Shown here: positions 63,173-64,000 of the stretch, one piece after another
Layout of the letters: each line of letters opens with the position of its first letter
Position numbering within the stretch: the first letter of the stretch is position 1
IMG/VR virus record: IMGVR_UViG_3300034073_002480
Location: 32,001-96,000 of that record
DNA length: 64,000 nucleotides
From: a virus
Reading direction: 5' to 3' (one strand)
Made by a program: the position numbers and the translations under genes
The notes under the pieces: model-generated
What the model saw: only the letters and a program-made list of their open reading frames with translations
What the model was told of the DNA's origin: nothing
Database searches by the model: none

Positions 63173-63183
63173 ATTATAGCATA
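63173..63183 (-). promoter_or_regulatory. Extended -10 promoter (TATGCTATAAT) upstream of tad1-ssb
   Basis: Perfect TGnTATAAT, identical to 18482-18492. Confidence 0.7.
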
Positions 63184-63196
63184 CTGATAGTGGTTG

Positions 63197-63972
63197 TCAA
63201 GCGTAAGCATCCATTTCTGGGTAAATAGGTTCATCATCTGGTTGTACAGCAATATCTGGTACATAGAAATCAGTACCTAATAACCAATCTAGAATTGGTA
63301 CATTACCAGCTTGAGGTTCAAATTTAGTCATAAACAAATTAATATCTATTTCTGACACTTGATAATCAACCAACCATTCTTGGTAAGAGTAGTAAGATAC
63401 TACCCCAAAAGAAAGTTCAGCATCATCAGTAGGTAAATAATAGAAATAGTTATCTACAGATACACACAAAGATGCCCAATCTTCTTTATTATATAATCGC
63501 CAACCTCTAGATGTAGGCAACTCAGGATTATTGCTAGGATTAGAGTTGTAAATAACAAGGAGCATATTAAGTACCACACAACAACAAGTAGTAATTAGAA
63601 GGGTACTACCAATCCTTGTGATTACACGGTCAAACCAGCTTCTTTAGCTTTAGCACCCAAAGAAACACCCAGAGCTTTAAGGTCATCAGTCGCCATAGAA
63701 AGAAAAATAGTAGGATCTCTCTCTTCTATGGCTTTGATTTCGGTATCAGTTAACAGACCAGCACCTAATAGCGCACCTTCGATCTCACGAATCCTAGCAG
63801 CATACTTTTTCTTAGTCTCTGTTTCAGGGTCTACACCATCAGACAGATATTGTGCCAACACAATACCAGTTTGAGGTGTAATCACAAACAAAGGTTCAGT
63901 GAACAAACCACCTTCTGATTTATCGCAGACGCAGTTATGTGCGCGATCTTGGATATCAAATACAAAATCCAT
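63197..63972 (-). other. Two hypothetical ORFs (63197-63577, 63622-63972)
   Basis: ORF track; acidic proteins with no recognisable motif. Confidence 0.5.
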
Positions 63973-64000
63973 TTCGTAAGGAAAATTACTATTTTGTTGT

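Larger units (their letters stand above)
419..63731. repeat. Genome-wide dispersed motif HCRTAGAA followed by 5 or more purines, on both strands, about 1 per kb
   Basis: About 35 strict plus-strand copies (e.g. 1784, 11914, 14418, 21693, 28023, 38909, 47962, 52862, 59875) and about 30 strict minus-strand copies (e.g. 419, 8292, 10177, 17377, 30326, 41242, 51156, 60048), counted by eye. Confidence 0.9.

Noticed and set aside
419-63731. Dispersed motif interpreted as a CRISPR array, REP element or transposon end
   Set aside because: Copies are short, non-palindromic, mostly intragenic and in frame, with no regular spacers or target duplications
63692-63731. Closely spaced inverted motif pairs (also 41191/41242, 51156/51197, 25196/25282)
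   Set aside because: Only modestly more than a rough chance expectation, with inconsistent spacing and orientation

Overview
This is a 64 kb AT-rich segment of a large lytic-type tailed dsDNA phage. The host is most likely a cyanobacterium, based on a cyanobacterial-type tmRNA tag, the SSB N-terminus and other cyanobacterial-type proteins. Positions 1-19.7 kb (+ strand) hold a virion block: a 5'-truncated tape measure protein, tail and receptor-binding genes, a DUF935-like portal, and two free-standing homing endonucleases (LAGLIDADG and GIY-YIG). Positions 19.8-64 kb (- strand) hold early/middle genes: family A DNA polymerase, separate primase and helicase, SSB, RuvC, exonuclease, DNA and RNA ligases, NrdAB, ThyX, dUTPase, dNMP kinase, three DNA methyltransferases, Hsp20, a CCA/poly(A)-type nucleotidyltransferase, a Tad1-like anti-defence protein and many small ORFans. 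The ORF track misses four non-coding signals. (1) A non-palindromic motif, (A/C/T)C(A/G)TAGAA followed by a purine tract, occurs about once per kb on both strands and in all reading frames (about 65 strict copies counted by eye). (2) A circularly permuted (two-piece) tmRNA gene encodes the tag ANNIVSFKARKSTLVAA, and its intervening segment is complementary to the tag ORF. (3) There are four tRNA genes, three of them abutting with 0-1 nt spacers. (4) A probable structured ncRNA lies between ssb and a tRNA gene. All calls are from reading the sequence by eye; no database searches were run.
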